Assembly (NCBI GenBank): GCA_947380295.1
Contig: CANCQK010000007.1
Coordinates: 19,933-83,932 of the forward strand
Direction: 5' to 3'
Source: Bdellovibrionales bacterium
GTDB lineage: Bacteria; Bdellovibrionota; UBA1018
Length of the DNA stretch: 64,000 bases
The notes below the pieces were generated by a model, which worked only from the letters and a program-made list of their open reading frames with translations, searched no databases and was not told the origin of the DNA. Below, one piece after another: positions 10,309 to 20,666 of this stretch (position 1 is its first letter; each line of letters opens with the position of its first letter). Both the position numbers and the translations under genes were made by a program.

Positions 10309-10575
10309 TTAACAGCTCATGTTCACCCATTCCCAGGTGCCCCAGTCGGTTACGCCGAGGCAGCGTACGCCGACTCCCGGGATTGAAAAAAATTGGCAAG
10401 CAGTGCCATTGGCATGAGCGTTTACGGCACAGCTGACGGAGTAAAAGCCCACGTAGGGATTGCCACACATCGCGCTTGCATAACAGTAGGTATAAGAAGA
10501 ACCTGCAGAAGCATTATTTAATGAGCCAAAAAGCAGAGTTAAAGTAATAATAACTAGTTTTAGAGCATTTTTCAT
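10309..10575 (-). CDS. Small secreted Cys-rich protein (paralog A)
   Basis: Signal peptide, AGGAAA SD; CY..C..C..C.FF..VRC.G..G.WE..SC. Confidence 0.8.
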   Translation of the reverse strand: MKNALKLVIITLTLLFGSLNNASAGSSYTYCYASAMCGNPYVGFYSVSCAVNAHANGTACQFFSIPGVGVRCLGVTDWGTWEWVNMSC

Positions 10576-10632
10576 GATTTTTCCTTTAAGGACCTCGAAT
10601 GTGCTGTTCTCATTAAAGTTAATGATCCGCGC

Positions 10633-10661
10633 AGTGTAGCGAATGGAAGCGGGCGCGTCAA
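10633..10661 (-). promoter_or_regulatory. Sigma70-type promoter for the Cys-rich peptide pair
   Basis: TTGACG-17 nt-TACACT on minus strand. Confidence 0.6.
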
Positions 10662-10890
10662 GATGAGACCTCTTGGGGTTGTTGAAAGGGGTTATTATCT
10701 AAAAAAATTAACGGTTGTTGTCGGATTTTTTTATGAGATTGCAAATTGCATTGAAGCTGGACTGCTGTGTTACGAAAGTTCTTTCGGATTTATAGTCCTC
10801 TAGATTTGATCGGGAGATTCTCAGTACTCTAGCTGCAGAGATCAATTTGGCTCCAGTTTAATTCGGTGACACGATCGGACCGTTTGCGGT

Positions 10891-12051
10891 TTAGAATCCT
10901 GCAGGGCGAGTGTTTTCCCTAAGGTAGACCTTCAGGTAGTTTTCGACTTCAGGATTGACCGTACCTGATGGGTTTGGCGTGGGTACTGAAAAGCCGCATC
11001 GGTCTGCAGCAGGATTGAATGTGGTTAGAATAGGAGTGAGCTGGTGATCCTGACATGCTAATTCCACCATTGCTACCGTGTATGAATTCGATTTTAGTGC
11101 GTTTTTCGCGCAAAAAAGAAATGTTCCGAGCGTTGCAGGTGTCCCTTGGGAGAGGGGTTTTTTATTTCCAGACTGATAACGAATTGGGCCCATCTGGGCG
11201 TTCGGTCTTGAGTATTCTGCAATAAAGTTGACAGCATTTTTTAGGTACTGTTTCGGAGCATTCTGGGCTAACCATTTGTCGCTTTCTTCTTTGGAGCCAG
11301 TGGGATTCCAGAGTTGATCCGAACTGGAATGCTTCACTGAATGTAGCAGAAGATCTTTTTTGTCTGGTTTCCAATTCAATATCTCTTGAGCAGCATTTTC
11401 AACAATATGAGTGCACTTGGCTTGAAGCCATGAATTGTAGGGAAACCTAGTTCTGCATGACGCTCGAGAGTCATTGTTGGCTACTTTGAGATTCTCTTGA
11501 TCAACTGAGCTCTCTCGATCATCTTCATCTAAAAAACTTGCTTCAAGCAAGTTATAGACCTGATTCAATTCAGCCTCATTCGGCAACCGCCCAGAGCTTT
11601 TACAGTCAATCCGAGACTTTAAGTGTGGATATAAGGATAGGTAATGATTCATTCCTTCGAGGTAGGTCGATTGACTATCGGATATCTTGCCTGCCTTGAT
11701 TTGTTCCGTAACCCTCGTTTTTGCCCATTGGACTGCAGCAGAAAACTGGTTCTTTTTTATGTCGTTAATCGTGTTCAACCACTTCATCGAAAGTGCTTCG
11801 GGTTCTTGATCAGAAAAAAGGTCTTTCCAAGCTGGGGTACCAACCCATTTTTTTTGTCGAACGGCTTCCACCGATGCTTTCTTCTTTAGATTTTCGCCTT
11901 GCTGAGCCGAGTCAAATGCTGACGCCTCCTCATGACACTCACCCATTGAAACGAGATGGAGCAGTCCGCCTTCCGCAAAAGAGGGATGACCTAGCGACAG
12001 CGCTAGTAAATAAGTGAGTCCTAGATCCTTTTTTTTTAAAAAAAGTTTCAT
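10891..12051 (-). CDS. Secreted hypothetical protein
   Basis: 386 aa ORF with signal-peptide-like N-terminus; no recognised family. Confidence 0.7.
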   Translation of the reverse strand: MKLFLKKKDLGLTYLLALSLGHPSFAEGGLLHLVSMGECHEEASAFDSAQQGENLKKKASVEAVRQKKWVGTPAWKDLFSDQEPEALSMKWLNTINDIKKNQFSAAVQWAKTRVTEQIKAGKISDSQSTYLEGMNHYLSLYPHLKSRIDCKSSGRLPNEAELNQVYNLLEASFLDEDDRESSVDQENLKVANNDSRASCRTRFPYNSWLQAKCTHIVENAAQEILNWKPDKKDLLLHSVKHSSSDQLWNPTGSKEESDKWLAQNAPKQYLKNAVNFIAEYSRPNAQMGPIRYQSGNKKPLSQGTPATLGTFLFCAKNALKSNSYTVAMVELACQDHQLTPILTTFNPAADRCGFSVPTPNPSGTVNPEVENYLKVYLRENTRPAGF

Positions 12052-12235
12052 GAAAGTGATGACCCTTAATGACTAAATCATAACACTATATTTATCAGGA
12101 TGGCTATCACTCGTTTCATTGGAAGCGAGACCGATTTGTTTTTGTTTCGCCTAATCTTCTGGTGCGGATGCCGGGTTCTGTGACAAAAGCTCAGTTCTGA
12201 TGAATAGTGCTTGGGAGCCTAGGCTGTTCAGCCCA

Positions 12236-14521
12236 CTAAGACGCGCCGGCTGGAGTGGTTTGCGTCCGCTCAAGGATTTTTTCAGGATATTCGGCTAAAG
12301 TTCCGAGCAGGGTTTTGAATTCTTCCGTCCCGACAAATGCCTCGCCAAAGTTTTTGCGAGCTCGCTCAGTGACGAAGGTCGTGTAGTCTTGTACGAGTTG
12401 GCTGGAGTCTAAACTGAGATTTGCGCCATTTTGTATCCACTCCGTGATGAGAGTGTCAAAGACAGAGTTGTTAAATTGGGCTTTTTTCGCTGCTTCGCTT
12501 GCGATTTTGGCGCGCTCCCAAACTCTGAGGTTGCTTTCCTCGTTGTCTCCTCCGTCGATTTTGACGTCGGGGTGAAGTCCGCTGAGTCCATGAATGATTC
12601 GGTGGTCGACGCCCGGAACGCACGAGCTCACACTCGGGATTCTTGAAAGATCGAGTCGTGTTCCACCATCAATGGCGTATGCCAGGCTTCCATCAACGAG
12701 GGCGTTTTTTACCCAGCTGGACCAATTGTCGTTGCCGTCCTGCTCAGTCATTTCCCGTCCGTGTTGTCTCCGAAAAGCCGAGCGATCCTCAAGTGCTAGA
12801 TAAGCGAGTTGGAGGAGTTCTCGAGTTTTTATTTTTTTAGCTTCTGTATTCCAGGAATAGAGATTCTCAGAATCATAGTTCGGGGAGTTTTCATCAAAGG
12901 GGGCTTCGATTCGATCCAAAAGCGCCTTTGCAGCGGCAGCTTCGAACGGCGTGAGTCGATTGACTCGGGTCAGGTGTTGCAGTTGCAGCTCGATCTGCCT
13001 TTGAATCGAAGCAGTACCTTCGGGATGATAAAAAATTCGTTCCACCGCAGTCTGGTAGCGCTGTTTGAGTTGAAGGATCGTGATATAGAGTGTTCTTTCG
13101 GCTCTCCGGTCGTGTCCTGCGGTTTGGCGTATCTCTGCCGTGAGAGCGGGCGCCGCTCCAAGTCGTGGTCGTCTTGCGCGGAGTTGGACTAATTGGTCTA
13201 GAATCGCTGTGTAGCCGCCTCGGGTTGCGATCCGGCGGGCCTGTTTCAGTGTTTTAGAGCTCAAAAGAAAAACCGAAAATGCGCGAGACCCTCGGGGGTT
13301 CGGAGTTAACAGTAACTTGAGGAGTTCTGGGTGATTCTTTTTTGCGGCAAGTAGCAAAGTTTTGTTGAGTGGAGATACATACAGCGGGTAGAGAACCGGC
13401 AACAGGCTTCCGATCCTAGATCGGAGTAGCTCGAACATGGCCTGAGGAGCTTGGCGTTTGAGTGCTAAGAAAAACAGCCGACGCGTAACGAGATGACTCC
13501 ATTGGGAGTGAGGCTGTTTTTTCATTTCTTCTGCGATCCAATGGACTGCTGACTGAAAATCTTGAGCGCCCAGAGGGTTGAGAAAGGCATTCGAAAGCGA
13601 TTGGTCGTGAAATTTTTGAAGAATGAGATTCACTGGCTCGGTCTGTGGAAATGCGGGGGTCTCGTTGATTACTTGGATTGCTGCGTGATCTTCGTTGGGT
13701 TCCTGAGCGTTCCAATCACTCAGAGGTGCGAGGGAGGTTTGCGAGGAGGCCCAATCGAGTAGCGCTGAGTAATGGGGAATGCGGGGGAAAACTTCCTCGT
13801 CGAGGAGCAGATCGTGCTCGAAGAACCTGTTTTGCGTCCTAGCTTTAATTTTGAGGTCAGTTTTTTTGCCGAATTGCTTGAACTGCTGGGACCAAGTTCG
13901 AGAGTCAGTGAACTTTTCCGGGACCCAATTCATGCTTTGGTAAGTACTATAAGTCACGCCGCTGATGCCTGCTCCGAGCATTCCTGCCAAGCTGGGCCAG
14001 GCCCAAGCTTGGTCGGCCTCGGTGAGTGGTCCGTGTAATGCTCCAAGAATTGATCCGCCGATGACTAGGCCGTAGGAGGCCAGTTGGTACCGAAAATGAT
14101 TCCATCGGTTGCTCTTCTGGTCTTCTTGATCGAGTCGATTCTGAATCAACTCATCGAGTGCACCGAGCTCGAAACGAATGGAGTACTTTTCTCTTTCCTG
14201 AAGGGGGTCTCCCCTTCGGATCTGATCCAAAAAGACGATCCTATTGACCAGGTGAGGTCGCTCTCCGTGAGATAATAACTCGCGAACTGTCTGGGTGGCC
14301 TCGGTGATTTGCTGGGGGGTGAGAGTGTCGGTTTGTGCAAAGAGAGATTGAACTGGAGATCTGGGTGACGACACCGTGAGAGAGAGGAGATTTTGGTAGA
14401 TGGATGCGATCTCTTCAATACGAGCTGGGGTGAGGGGGGCTGCTGAACTCGTCTGAGCTGAAAATAGAAAAACCAAGGCCAAGAAGGTTTGAGTCAGTTT
14501 TGAGGAAAAGGTGATTTTCAT
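12236..14521 (-). CDS. Large exported protein with TM segments, ankyrin-like repeats and C-terminal SC..G..R Cys-motif domain
   Basis: Signal peptide from ATG 14521; LLLAAKKNHPELLKLLL and ATRGGYTAILDQL ankyrin-like units; QTAGHD and SCVPGVDHRIIHGL motifs. Confidence 0.65.
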   Translation of the reverse strand: MKITFSSKLTQTFLALVFLFSAQTSSAAPLTPARIEEIASIYQNLLSLTVSSPRSPVQSLFAQTDTLTPQQITEATQTVRELLSHGERPHLVNRIVFLDQIRRGDPLQEREKYSIRFELGALDELIQNRLDQEDQKSNRWNHFRYQLASYGLVIGGSILGALHGPLTEADQAWAWPSLAGMLGAGISGVTYSTYQSMNWVPEKFTDSRTWSQQFKQFGKKTDLKIKARTQNRFFEHDLLLDEEVFPRIPHYSALLDWASSQTSLAPLSDWNAQEPNEDHAAIQVINETPAFPQTEPVNLILQKFHDQSLSNAFLNPLGAQDFQSAVHWIAEEMKKQPHSQWSHLVTRRLFFLALKRQAPQAMFELLRSRIGSLLPVLYPLYVSPLNKTLLLAAKKNHPELLKLLLTPNPRGSRAFSVFLLSSKTLKQARRIATRGGYTAILDQLVQLRARRPRLGAAPALTAEIRQTAGHDRRAERTLYITILQLKQRYQTAVERIFYHPEGTASIQRQIELQLQHLTRVNRLTPFEAAAAKALLDRIEAPFDENSPNYDSENLYSWNTEAKKIKTRELLQLAYLALEDRSAFRRQHGREMTEQDGNDNWSSWVKNALVDGSLAYAIDGGTRLDLSRIPSVSSCVPGVDHRIIHGLSGLHPDVKIDGGDNEESNLRVWERAKIASEAAKKAQFNNSVFDTLITEWIQNGANLSLDSSQLVQDYTTFVTERARKNFGEAFVGTEEFKTLLGTLAEYPEKILERTQTTPAGAS

Positions 14522-14596
14522 AGCGGTGCGATTTATAAATAAAATCGGGACAAAAATCAATTTTTAAAATTTTTCCGGATCGCCTCGTCGGGGAAG

Positions 14597-14669
14597 TGGG
14601 GTGCCAACCCATTTTTTTGTCGAACGGCTTCCACCGCGATGACTAAATCTTAATACTATATTGATCAGG
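14597..14669. repeat. Fused partial duplicate of 11833-11873 and 12069-12099
   Basis: 14597-14636 matches 11833-11873 (1 mismatch, 1 T deleted); 14639-14669 matches 12069-12099 (3 mismatches in 31). Confidence 0.85.
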
Positions 14670-14851
14670 GTAAACATTTCGTGGCCTGAGTGAAAGAAAA
14701 TGTTTTAGGGCGTTCTAGGTCTGGAGCCCGCGTCTTGCCCTGTTGAGGCATAAGATGAGCTGAGTTGAATACAGAATGAAACTGGTTTTGTAAAGTATTA
14801 GAAGTCACTTTGCCTATAGTTTTTTCGGGGCACCTCCGCTATTTAGTCATA

Positions 14852-17800
14852 ATGCCCTTCGTCCATTTACATGTTCACACCCAGTACAGCCTTTTGCAGG
14901 GCGCGATCCACGTGGAGAACCTCTTTGAGAGGGTGACTCAGCTGGGGATGTCTGCGGTTGCTATGACGGACCTCCATAATCTCTTTGGGGCGGTAGACTT
15001 TTACAATTCGGCCAAAAAAGCCGGTGTGAAGCCAGTTCTCGGGTGTGAAATCATCTATGCTCCCAATGGACGAAACTCGGTGCAGCAGACCCAAGGACCA
15101 GTCGGGAGTTTGGGAGGCGCGAGGTATCACCATTTAGTCCTCCTCTGTAAAAATTTACAGGGTTACCAAAACCTTTGTCAGCTCGTGACCCGGTCCTATC
15201 TTGATGCGCCCCCTCCCCAAAAGGGTCAGCCTCCCGGACCCAAGGCTGTGGTTGATCGCGAGCTTTTAGACCAATTTGGTGACGGTCTCATAGTCCTTTC
15301 TGGGTGTCTTCGAGGGGAATTGGCTTATGCGGCTCTCACCGGAGAAGAAGGGGCGGGCCTAGAGTCTCTCCTTTGGTTTAAGCGCCGCTTTGGCGAGGAT
15401 TTCTTTCTGGAGCTTCAAGATTCTCCTCTGCCAGAGCAGGAGACTGTAAATGAGACTCTCAGTCAATGGGGGGAGCGTAATGGGGTGGAGTGTGTGGCGA
15501 CAACGGATTGCCATTACCTCGATGCCTCCGATGCTGAAGCCCATGAAGTGCTTCAGTGCATCGAACACGGAAAAAATCTTGATTTTGATCGTCCTAAGAG
15601 TTTGGTTCCGGGTGAGTATTACCTTAAATCTGAAAAGTTGATGCGTGAGCGATTTGAACGCTTCCCCAAAGCTTGCGATAATACGCAAGTCATCGCAGAT
15701 CGCTGCGACCTCGAGTTTAAATTTAAGGACGAACAGGGGAGGCCCATTTATCACTTGCCTCGATACCGTCCCGAGTCGGTCCCACCTGATGCAGAGTTTG
15801 ACCTGGTGGAATATTTTAAGCAGGAGGCAAGAAAAGGCCTTCAAGGCCGATTTGACTCTCCTCGCTTTGAAGCTAAGGTGAATTCGCCGACCTGGAGTGA
15901 GGATCGGAAGAAATACGATGCTCGTCTAGAAGATGAACTCAACATGATTGCAAGGACCGGATTCTCCGGCTACTTCCTGATCGTCGCTGACTTTATCAAC
16001 TGGGCCAAACGAAATGGTATTCCTGTCGGACCCGGTCGTGGCTCAGGAGCTGGCTCACTCGTCGCATACTCACTTAATATCACCGACATTGATCCGATCC
16101 AGTTTAACTTGCTTTTCGAGCGATTCATCAATCCTGAACGAATTAGCATGCCAGACTTTGACGTCGATTTTTGCCAAGACAGGCGGGGCGAGGTCATTGA
16201 CTATGTTTCGAGAAAATATGGATCCGAGAACGTTTGCCAAATTATCACATTTGGAAAACTTCAAGCCCGTGCAGTCATCAAAGATGTGGGACGAGTTTTG
16301 GGTTTATCATTTGCTGAGACGGATCAGCTCACTAAACTCCTCCCCGATGAGTTAGATATTACCATTGAGCGGGCCCTCGACGCTGAGCCAAGGTTGAGAG
16401 AACGAATCGAGGCTGATCCAAAAATTGCTCAAGTCATGCGGTACGCCCAATCATTGGAAGGATTGTATCGTAACGCTGGAATCCATGCTGCAGGCGTCAT
16501 CATTACCGAAAAGCCGGTCGTGAATTATTGTCCTCTTTATATGGGTCGTGACGGCGACGTGGTGACTCAATTCGATAAAGACTTTGCCGAAGCGGTTGGG
16601 TTGGTGAAGTTTGACTTTCTTGGTCTGAAGACCTTAACTGTGATCGAAAATGCGGTGCAGTTGGTCCGAAAGACCGCCGAGCCTCAAACTCTCGATGCTG
16701 AATTTAATTTGGATCGAATGAATTATGAAGATCCAAAGGTTTTTGCCCTGATCAGCTCTGGCGATACGGACGGAGTGTTCCAGGTAGAAAGTTCGGGGAT
16801 GAAAGATCTCTGCACTCGGATTCAACCCAACTCGCTTGAAGATCTCACTGCTATTAACGCGCTCTATCGCCCTGGTCCTTTGGGCTCAGGCATGGTTGAT
16901 GATTTCATTGACCGAAAACATGGTCGTAAACCGATCGTTTACGATGTGGATACCCTTGAGGGAATCTTGAAAGATACCTACGGGGTTATTCTCTATCAAG
17001 AGCAAGTGATGCAGATTGCCCGAGAGTTGGCAGGCTACTCCCTGGGTCAAGCCGACTTACTTCGACGAGCAATGGGTAAGAAAAAGCCTGAGGAAATGGC
17101 CAAGCATCGCGAGATTTTCGTGAAAGGCTCGACCAAAAATGGTTTGCCGCCCGCAAAAGCGGAGTCTATTTTTGATCTGATGGCGAAATTTGCTGAATAC
17201 GGTTTCAATAAGTCCCATTCGGCTGCCTACGGCGTACTGACTTATCAAACGGCCTACCTTAAGGCTCATTATCCCGAAGAATTCATGGCTGCATTGATGA
17301 CTACGGAAATGGATAATACGGATAAAATTACTAAGTACATCGGGGATGCACGACAGCACGGCATTGCGATTTTAACTCCAGATGTGAACTATTCCCAAAA
17401 GCGGTTTAGTGTCGAAAAACTCAAAAAAGAAGGGCAAGCTGCAACAGTTAAGTCAATTCGGTTTGGATTAGAAGCGATTAAGGGTGTAGGGGGAATTGCA
17501 GTTGATTCTATTTTGGAGGCTCGCTCTCATGGGCGATTCCAGAATGCGCTCGATTTTGCAAAGCGGGTTTCAACCCGGAAGGCTAACAAAAAGGTCATGG
17601 AGTCCCTTTGTATGGCTGGAGCCTTTGATTCCATCGCGGAGGTGAATCGTGCTAGCCTTTTTGCCTCGCTTGAGGGGCTACTCCAGCACGCCAGTGACGA
17701 GCAAGAGGAGAAAGAATTAGGTCAGTCCTCTCTGTTTGATTCGTTTTCTGCAGAGGAAATCAAACTCATTACCCCCTTAGATGCGATTTTTAAAAAGGAA

Positions 17801-18520
17801 GCCGACTGGCCGAGTACTAAAAAGCTTTCCCAGGAGCGAGAAGTCGTAGGATTTTATCTCTCTGGTCACCCCATGGATGCTTGGCAAAAAATCTGCGAGC
17901 AATGGCTGGGCTGGAGTACTGAAAGAATTAAATTATTCGCCCAGGAGCGAAGTCAGCAAAAGAAGGCTCCTGAGCCCGAGCAACCTTTTGCGGGGCGTTA
18001 CCGCCCTCCTAAAACTGAAGTGAAGTTGGCTGGATTACTTTCAGAACTCAAGGAAGTGACTACTAAAAAAGGTTCTCGAATGGCGTTTGCTCAGCTCGAA
18101 GATCTTAAAGGTAAAATTGAGGTGGTATTCTTTCCGGAGGCCTTTCTAGCCATTCAAGAGATCCTGCGCCGAGCCATTGCCGAGGCTGAGCCGATCCTGC
18201 TAACTGGAGAAATCGAAGTTGGAGAAGAAAATCCAAAGGTCCTTGCTAAGTCCCTAGAGTGGGTGGCTGAGGCTCACCGAGGTCGAGTGCAGCAGGTCGT
18301 GATTCGTCTTGCTCCGTCCGAAGTTTCGTCAGAACAGCTTCGTGAACTCAAACAAAAGATGATCAAATACCGAGGAAAATGTCCGGTTCGAATTGATTTT
18401 TACGATCCGAAGTTTAGAACAACCCTAACCCTCCCGAAAAATCTAGCCCTGACCGCAAACCCTCAATTGGTAACGGCAATTAATCAGATCTTTGGGGCCG
18501 ACGTGGTGACCCTGAATTGA
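14852..18520 (+). CDS. dnaE: DNA polymerase III alpha subunit
   Basis: FVHLHVHTQYSLL PHP domain, GPGRGSGAGSLVAY, MPDFDVDF, KFDFLGL, FNKSHSAAY; ATG at 14852 preferred over TTG 14810. Confidence 0.98.
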   Translation: MPFVHLHVHTQYSLLQGAIHVENLFERVTQLGMSAVAMTDLHNLFGAVDFYNSAKKAGVKPVLGCEIIYAPNGRNSVQQTQGPVGSLGGARYHHLVLLCKNLQGYQNLCQLVTRSYLDAPPPQKGQPPGPKAVVDRELLDQFGDGLIVLSGCLRGELAYAALTGEEGAGLESLLWFKRRFGEDFFLELQDSPLPEQETVNETLSQWGERNGVECVATTDCHYLDASDAEAHEVLQCIEHGKNLDFDRPKSLVPGEYYLKSEKLMRERFERFPKACDNTQVIADRCDLEFKFKDEQGRPIYHLPRYRPESVPPDAEFDLVEYFKQEARKGLQGRFDSPRFEAKVNSPTWSEDRKKYDARLEDELNMIARTGFSGYFLIVADFINWAKRNGIPVGPGRGSGAGSLVAYSLNITDIDPIQFNLLFERFINPERISMPDFDVDFCQDRRGEVIDYVSRKYGSENVCQIITFGKLQARAVIKDVGRVLGLSFAETDQLTKLLPDELDITIERALDAEPRLRERIEADPKIAQVMRYAQSLEGLYRNAGIHAAGVIITEKPVVNYCPLYMGRDGDVVTQFDKDFAEAVGLVKFDFLGLKTLTVIENAVQLVRKTAEPQTLDAEFNLDRMNYEDPKVFALISSGDTDGVFQVESSGMKDLCTRIQPNSLEDLTAINALYRPGPLGSGMVDDFIDRKHGRKPIVYDVDTLEGILKDTYGVILYQEQVMQIARELAGYSLGQADLLRRAMGKKKPEEMAKHREIFVKGSTKNGLPPAKAESIFDLMAKFAEYGFNKSHSAAYGVLTYQTAYLKAHYPEEFMAALMTTEMDNTDKITKYIGDARQHGIAILTPDVNYSQKRFSVEKLKKEGQAATVKSIRFGLEAIKGVGGIAVDSILEARSHGRFQNALDFAKRVSTRKANKKVMESLCMAGAFDSIAEVNRASLFASLEGLLQHASDEQEEKELGQSSLFDSFSAEEIKLITPLDAIFKKEADWPSTKKLSQEREVVGFYLSGHPMDAWQKICEQWLGWSTERIKLFAQERSQQKKAPEPEQPFAGRYRPPKTEVKLAGLLSELKEVTTKKGSRMAFAQLEDLKGKIEVVFFPEAFLAIQEILRRAIAEAEPILLTGEIEVGEENPKVLAKSLEWVAEAHRGRVQQVVIRLAPSEVSSEQLRELKQKMIKYRGKCPVRIDFYDPKFRTTLTLPKNLALTANPQLVTAINQIFGADVVTLN

Positions 18521-18583
18521 CGAAAATTTGACCCTAGAGCGAGCTGATTGTGCCCGCTTCATGTTCATGCTAGCCTATGAATT

Positions 18584-19615
18584 ATGCGAGTTTTGAGTCC
18601 TAGATTCTTGGTTCAAGTGGTCATTGGTTTCATGGTTGCCGAGGGCTGGATGGTTCAGTCAGGAGTCGCAGCGGAATTAAAAGTGCAGACTTCTAAAGAT
18701 CAGACTGAGGTTCAACTCCGAGCAGCCTTAACGGGAAGCTTGTCCACACTGGGAAATCTTCAGCCCTGGCAGCAATCCATTTTTCAGGACGAGGTGTTGA
18801 CTCAGCCTCAGCGGTTTGTCAAAAATTATCAAAGTGAGGGCCTGAAGGTTGATGTCGATTCGGAGAGTGTTCAGGCCTATCTGAAGTTTCATAGTTCGCC
18901 CGGAGCCAAAGGCAAGCAGGCTCTTGCCGTGGTTACATTAAAAACGGCTGCTTCATGCTCAGTTTGCTCGCAGGTGATTCCTTCGTTCAGAAGCTGGATT
19001 CGAAATCGGCTTGAAAAGCGAGGGTTTCAGGTAGATTTTATGAATACTGAAGGCGTCTTAGCTCAAATGACGAGTTCATCGCCCAGTGAAGCGCTAGATG
19101 AGGCAGTTCGAGCTAAAGGAGCGCAGTTATTTGTCATGGTTGAGTGGGCCCCCGTTCCTGTTGAGGAGTTAGATACTGCCCATGCTGATGAAAAAAAATA
19201 TCGCCTCTCGGCTCAACTGAAGCCCCTCGGAAATAGTTTGCTTCCCGTTAAAAAAGACCAGGAAATTTTAGAACTCGAGAGTTTTGACGTTTCTCTCAGT
19301 CGTGTTTGGACGGATGCGATGACTGAGCTCGGAGTTAAAGCTGCGGCAATGGAGAGTTTTGAGCTTGGACAGGGTCAAAAAGAGTGTTGGATTGAAGTGA
19401 CTGGGATTCGAGACTTTCAGCAGTTGAAGCGAATTAAAGCTCTTTTTGAGGCTCAACTCAAAGATGTAGGGACTTTAGAGGATCGAGTTGTTTCGAGAGA
19501 AAAGTTTGTATTTGCTGTGTCCACTCAAAAAAGTAATGAGCAAGTGAAGCAGCTTCTTTCTCAACTACCGGTGGACTCAGGTGTTGGAGCCTCGTTCCAT
19601 TGGACGATTCAGTAA
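18584..19615 (+). CDS. Exported hypothetical protein
   Basis: 343 aa ORF, signal-like N-terminus, own promoter (TTGTGC-17-TAGCCT). Confidence 0.7.
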   Translation: MRVLSPRFLVQVVIGFMVAEGWMVQSGVAAELKVQTSKDQTEVQLRAALTGSLSTLGNLQPWQQSIFQDEVLTQPQRFVKNYQSEGLKVDVDSESVQAYLKFHSSPGAKGKQALAVVTLKTAASCSVCSQVIPSFRSWIRNRLEKRGFQVDFMNTEGVLAQMTSSSPSEALDEAVRAKGAQLFVMVEWAPVPVEELDTAHADEKKYRLSAQLKPLGNSLLPVKKDQEILELESFDVSLSRVWTDAMTELGVKAAAMESFELGQGQKECWIEVTGIRDFQQLKRIKALFEAQLKDVGTLEDRVVSREKFVFAVSTQKSNEQVKQLLSQLPVDSGVGASFHWTIQ

Positions 19616-19646
19616 GGACTTTTTTTAAAAACTTTTTGGGGGAAGA

Positions 19647-20648
19647 ATGAAACAAGAGGGTCAACTTTTAGAAGTTCTTCGGGCGCGTCACTTCTGCCTT
19701 GGTTTAAGTTGGGTGATGGTATTGTGTTCCTGTCAGCATGTGACTACATCGCGAACGTCCGATGGTTTTCGAGAATCAGATATTCAAAATGGGTACTATT
19801 CGGGAAAGGCAGATCGTCAGTCTGCCTCATTTAAGGTGGATTATCAGAATCAACCCAAAAAAAGGGCCCTGATTCTCGATTTTTGGAATGATACTCCCGT
19901 TAAAATTGAATCGCTAGGGAAGTTTGCCGGGAGCGAATTGAGGCGTGGACTTTTACTTACAGATCGAGTGATTTACCCTTCTGATGTCAAAGAGGATCTC
20001 AAGACTGAATCCTATGTAGATGGCGAGCAAATTAAGGTCGAGCAGCTGATTCGCGAAGGGCGGCGGATGGGCGTTTCGTTTGCATTATTGGGCCGAATTC
20101 GAAAAATTTCCTTTCGTCAAAAGGGAGATGACATTGGAGTGTTTCGAAAGAAGCAGTCCTTGGTCGGTACCGAAGTTGAGATCAAGGTCTTTGATGTTCA
20201 GCAAGGTAAAGAAATTCTGGCTTCTTCAAAGTCGGGCGAAACCAATGCGGATACTCTGGTCGTCGCCGATGATCAAAAAGTTGAAAGTCTTGCTTTCAAA
20301 GTCGAGTTGACCAAACTCGCTGTTCGTGAGGCTTTAGCAGGATTTATTCCTGAAATGGTGACGCTCATTGATAAGATGAAGTGGCAAGGGCGGATCGCAA
20401 AAATAATTGGGCCCAAAGTCTTTTTGAATGCAGGTCATCAGACGGGTTTAATGAATGGGGATATTCTCACTGTGATGAGCGCGGGCGAAGAAATTTTTGA
20501 CCCTCAGACGGGGGCCTCACTTGGGCGATCTCCTGGAAGACCCAAAGGAACCCTGGAAGTGATTGAACAAATGGGACTGGATGCTTCGGTAGCTCAGGTT
20601 CACACGGGTAGTAATTTTGCTGAAGGGGATTGGGTCCAGTTGTATTGA
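19647..20648 (+). CDS. Lipoprotein, CsgG/FlgT-like (FlgT C-terminal domain)
   Basis: Lipobox LCSC; WQGRIAKI...VFLNAG..GL..GD.L.V..GEEIFDP.TG..LG. Confidence 0.75.
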   Translation: MKQEGQLLEVLRARHFCLGLSWVMVLCSCQHVTTSRTSDGFRESDIQNGYYSGKADRQSASFKVDYQNQPKKRALILDFWNDTPVKIESLGKFAGSELRRGLLLTDRVIYPSDVKEDLKTESYVDGEQIKVEQLIREGRRMGVSFALLGRIRKISFRQKGDDIGVFRKKQSLVGTEVEIKVFDVQQGKEILASSKSGETNADTLVVADDQKVESLAFKVELTKLAVREALAGFIPEMVTLIDKMKWQGRIAKIIGPKVFLNAGHQTGLMNGDILTVMSAGEEIFDPQTGASLGRSPGRPKGTLEVIEQMGLDASVAQVHTGSNFAEGDWVQLY

Positions 20649-20666
20649 GTATTTGAGAAACGATCG

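Noticed and set aside
14852-18520. Intein or split in dnaE
   Set aside because: Normal length, only short Pro/Gln-rich loop insertions, no intein motifs
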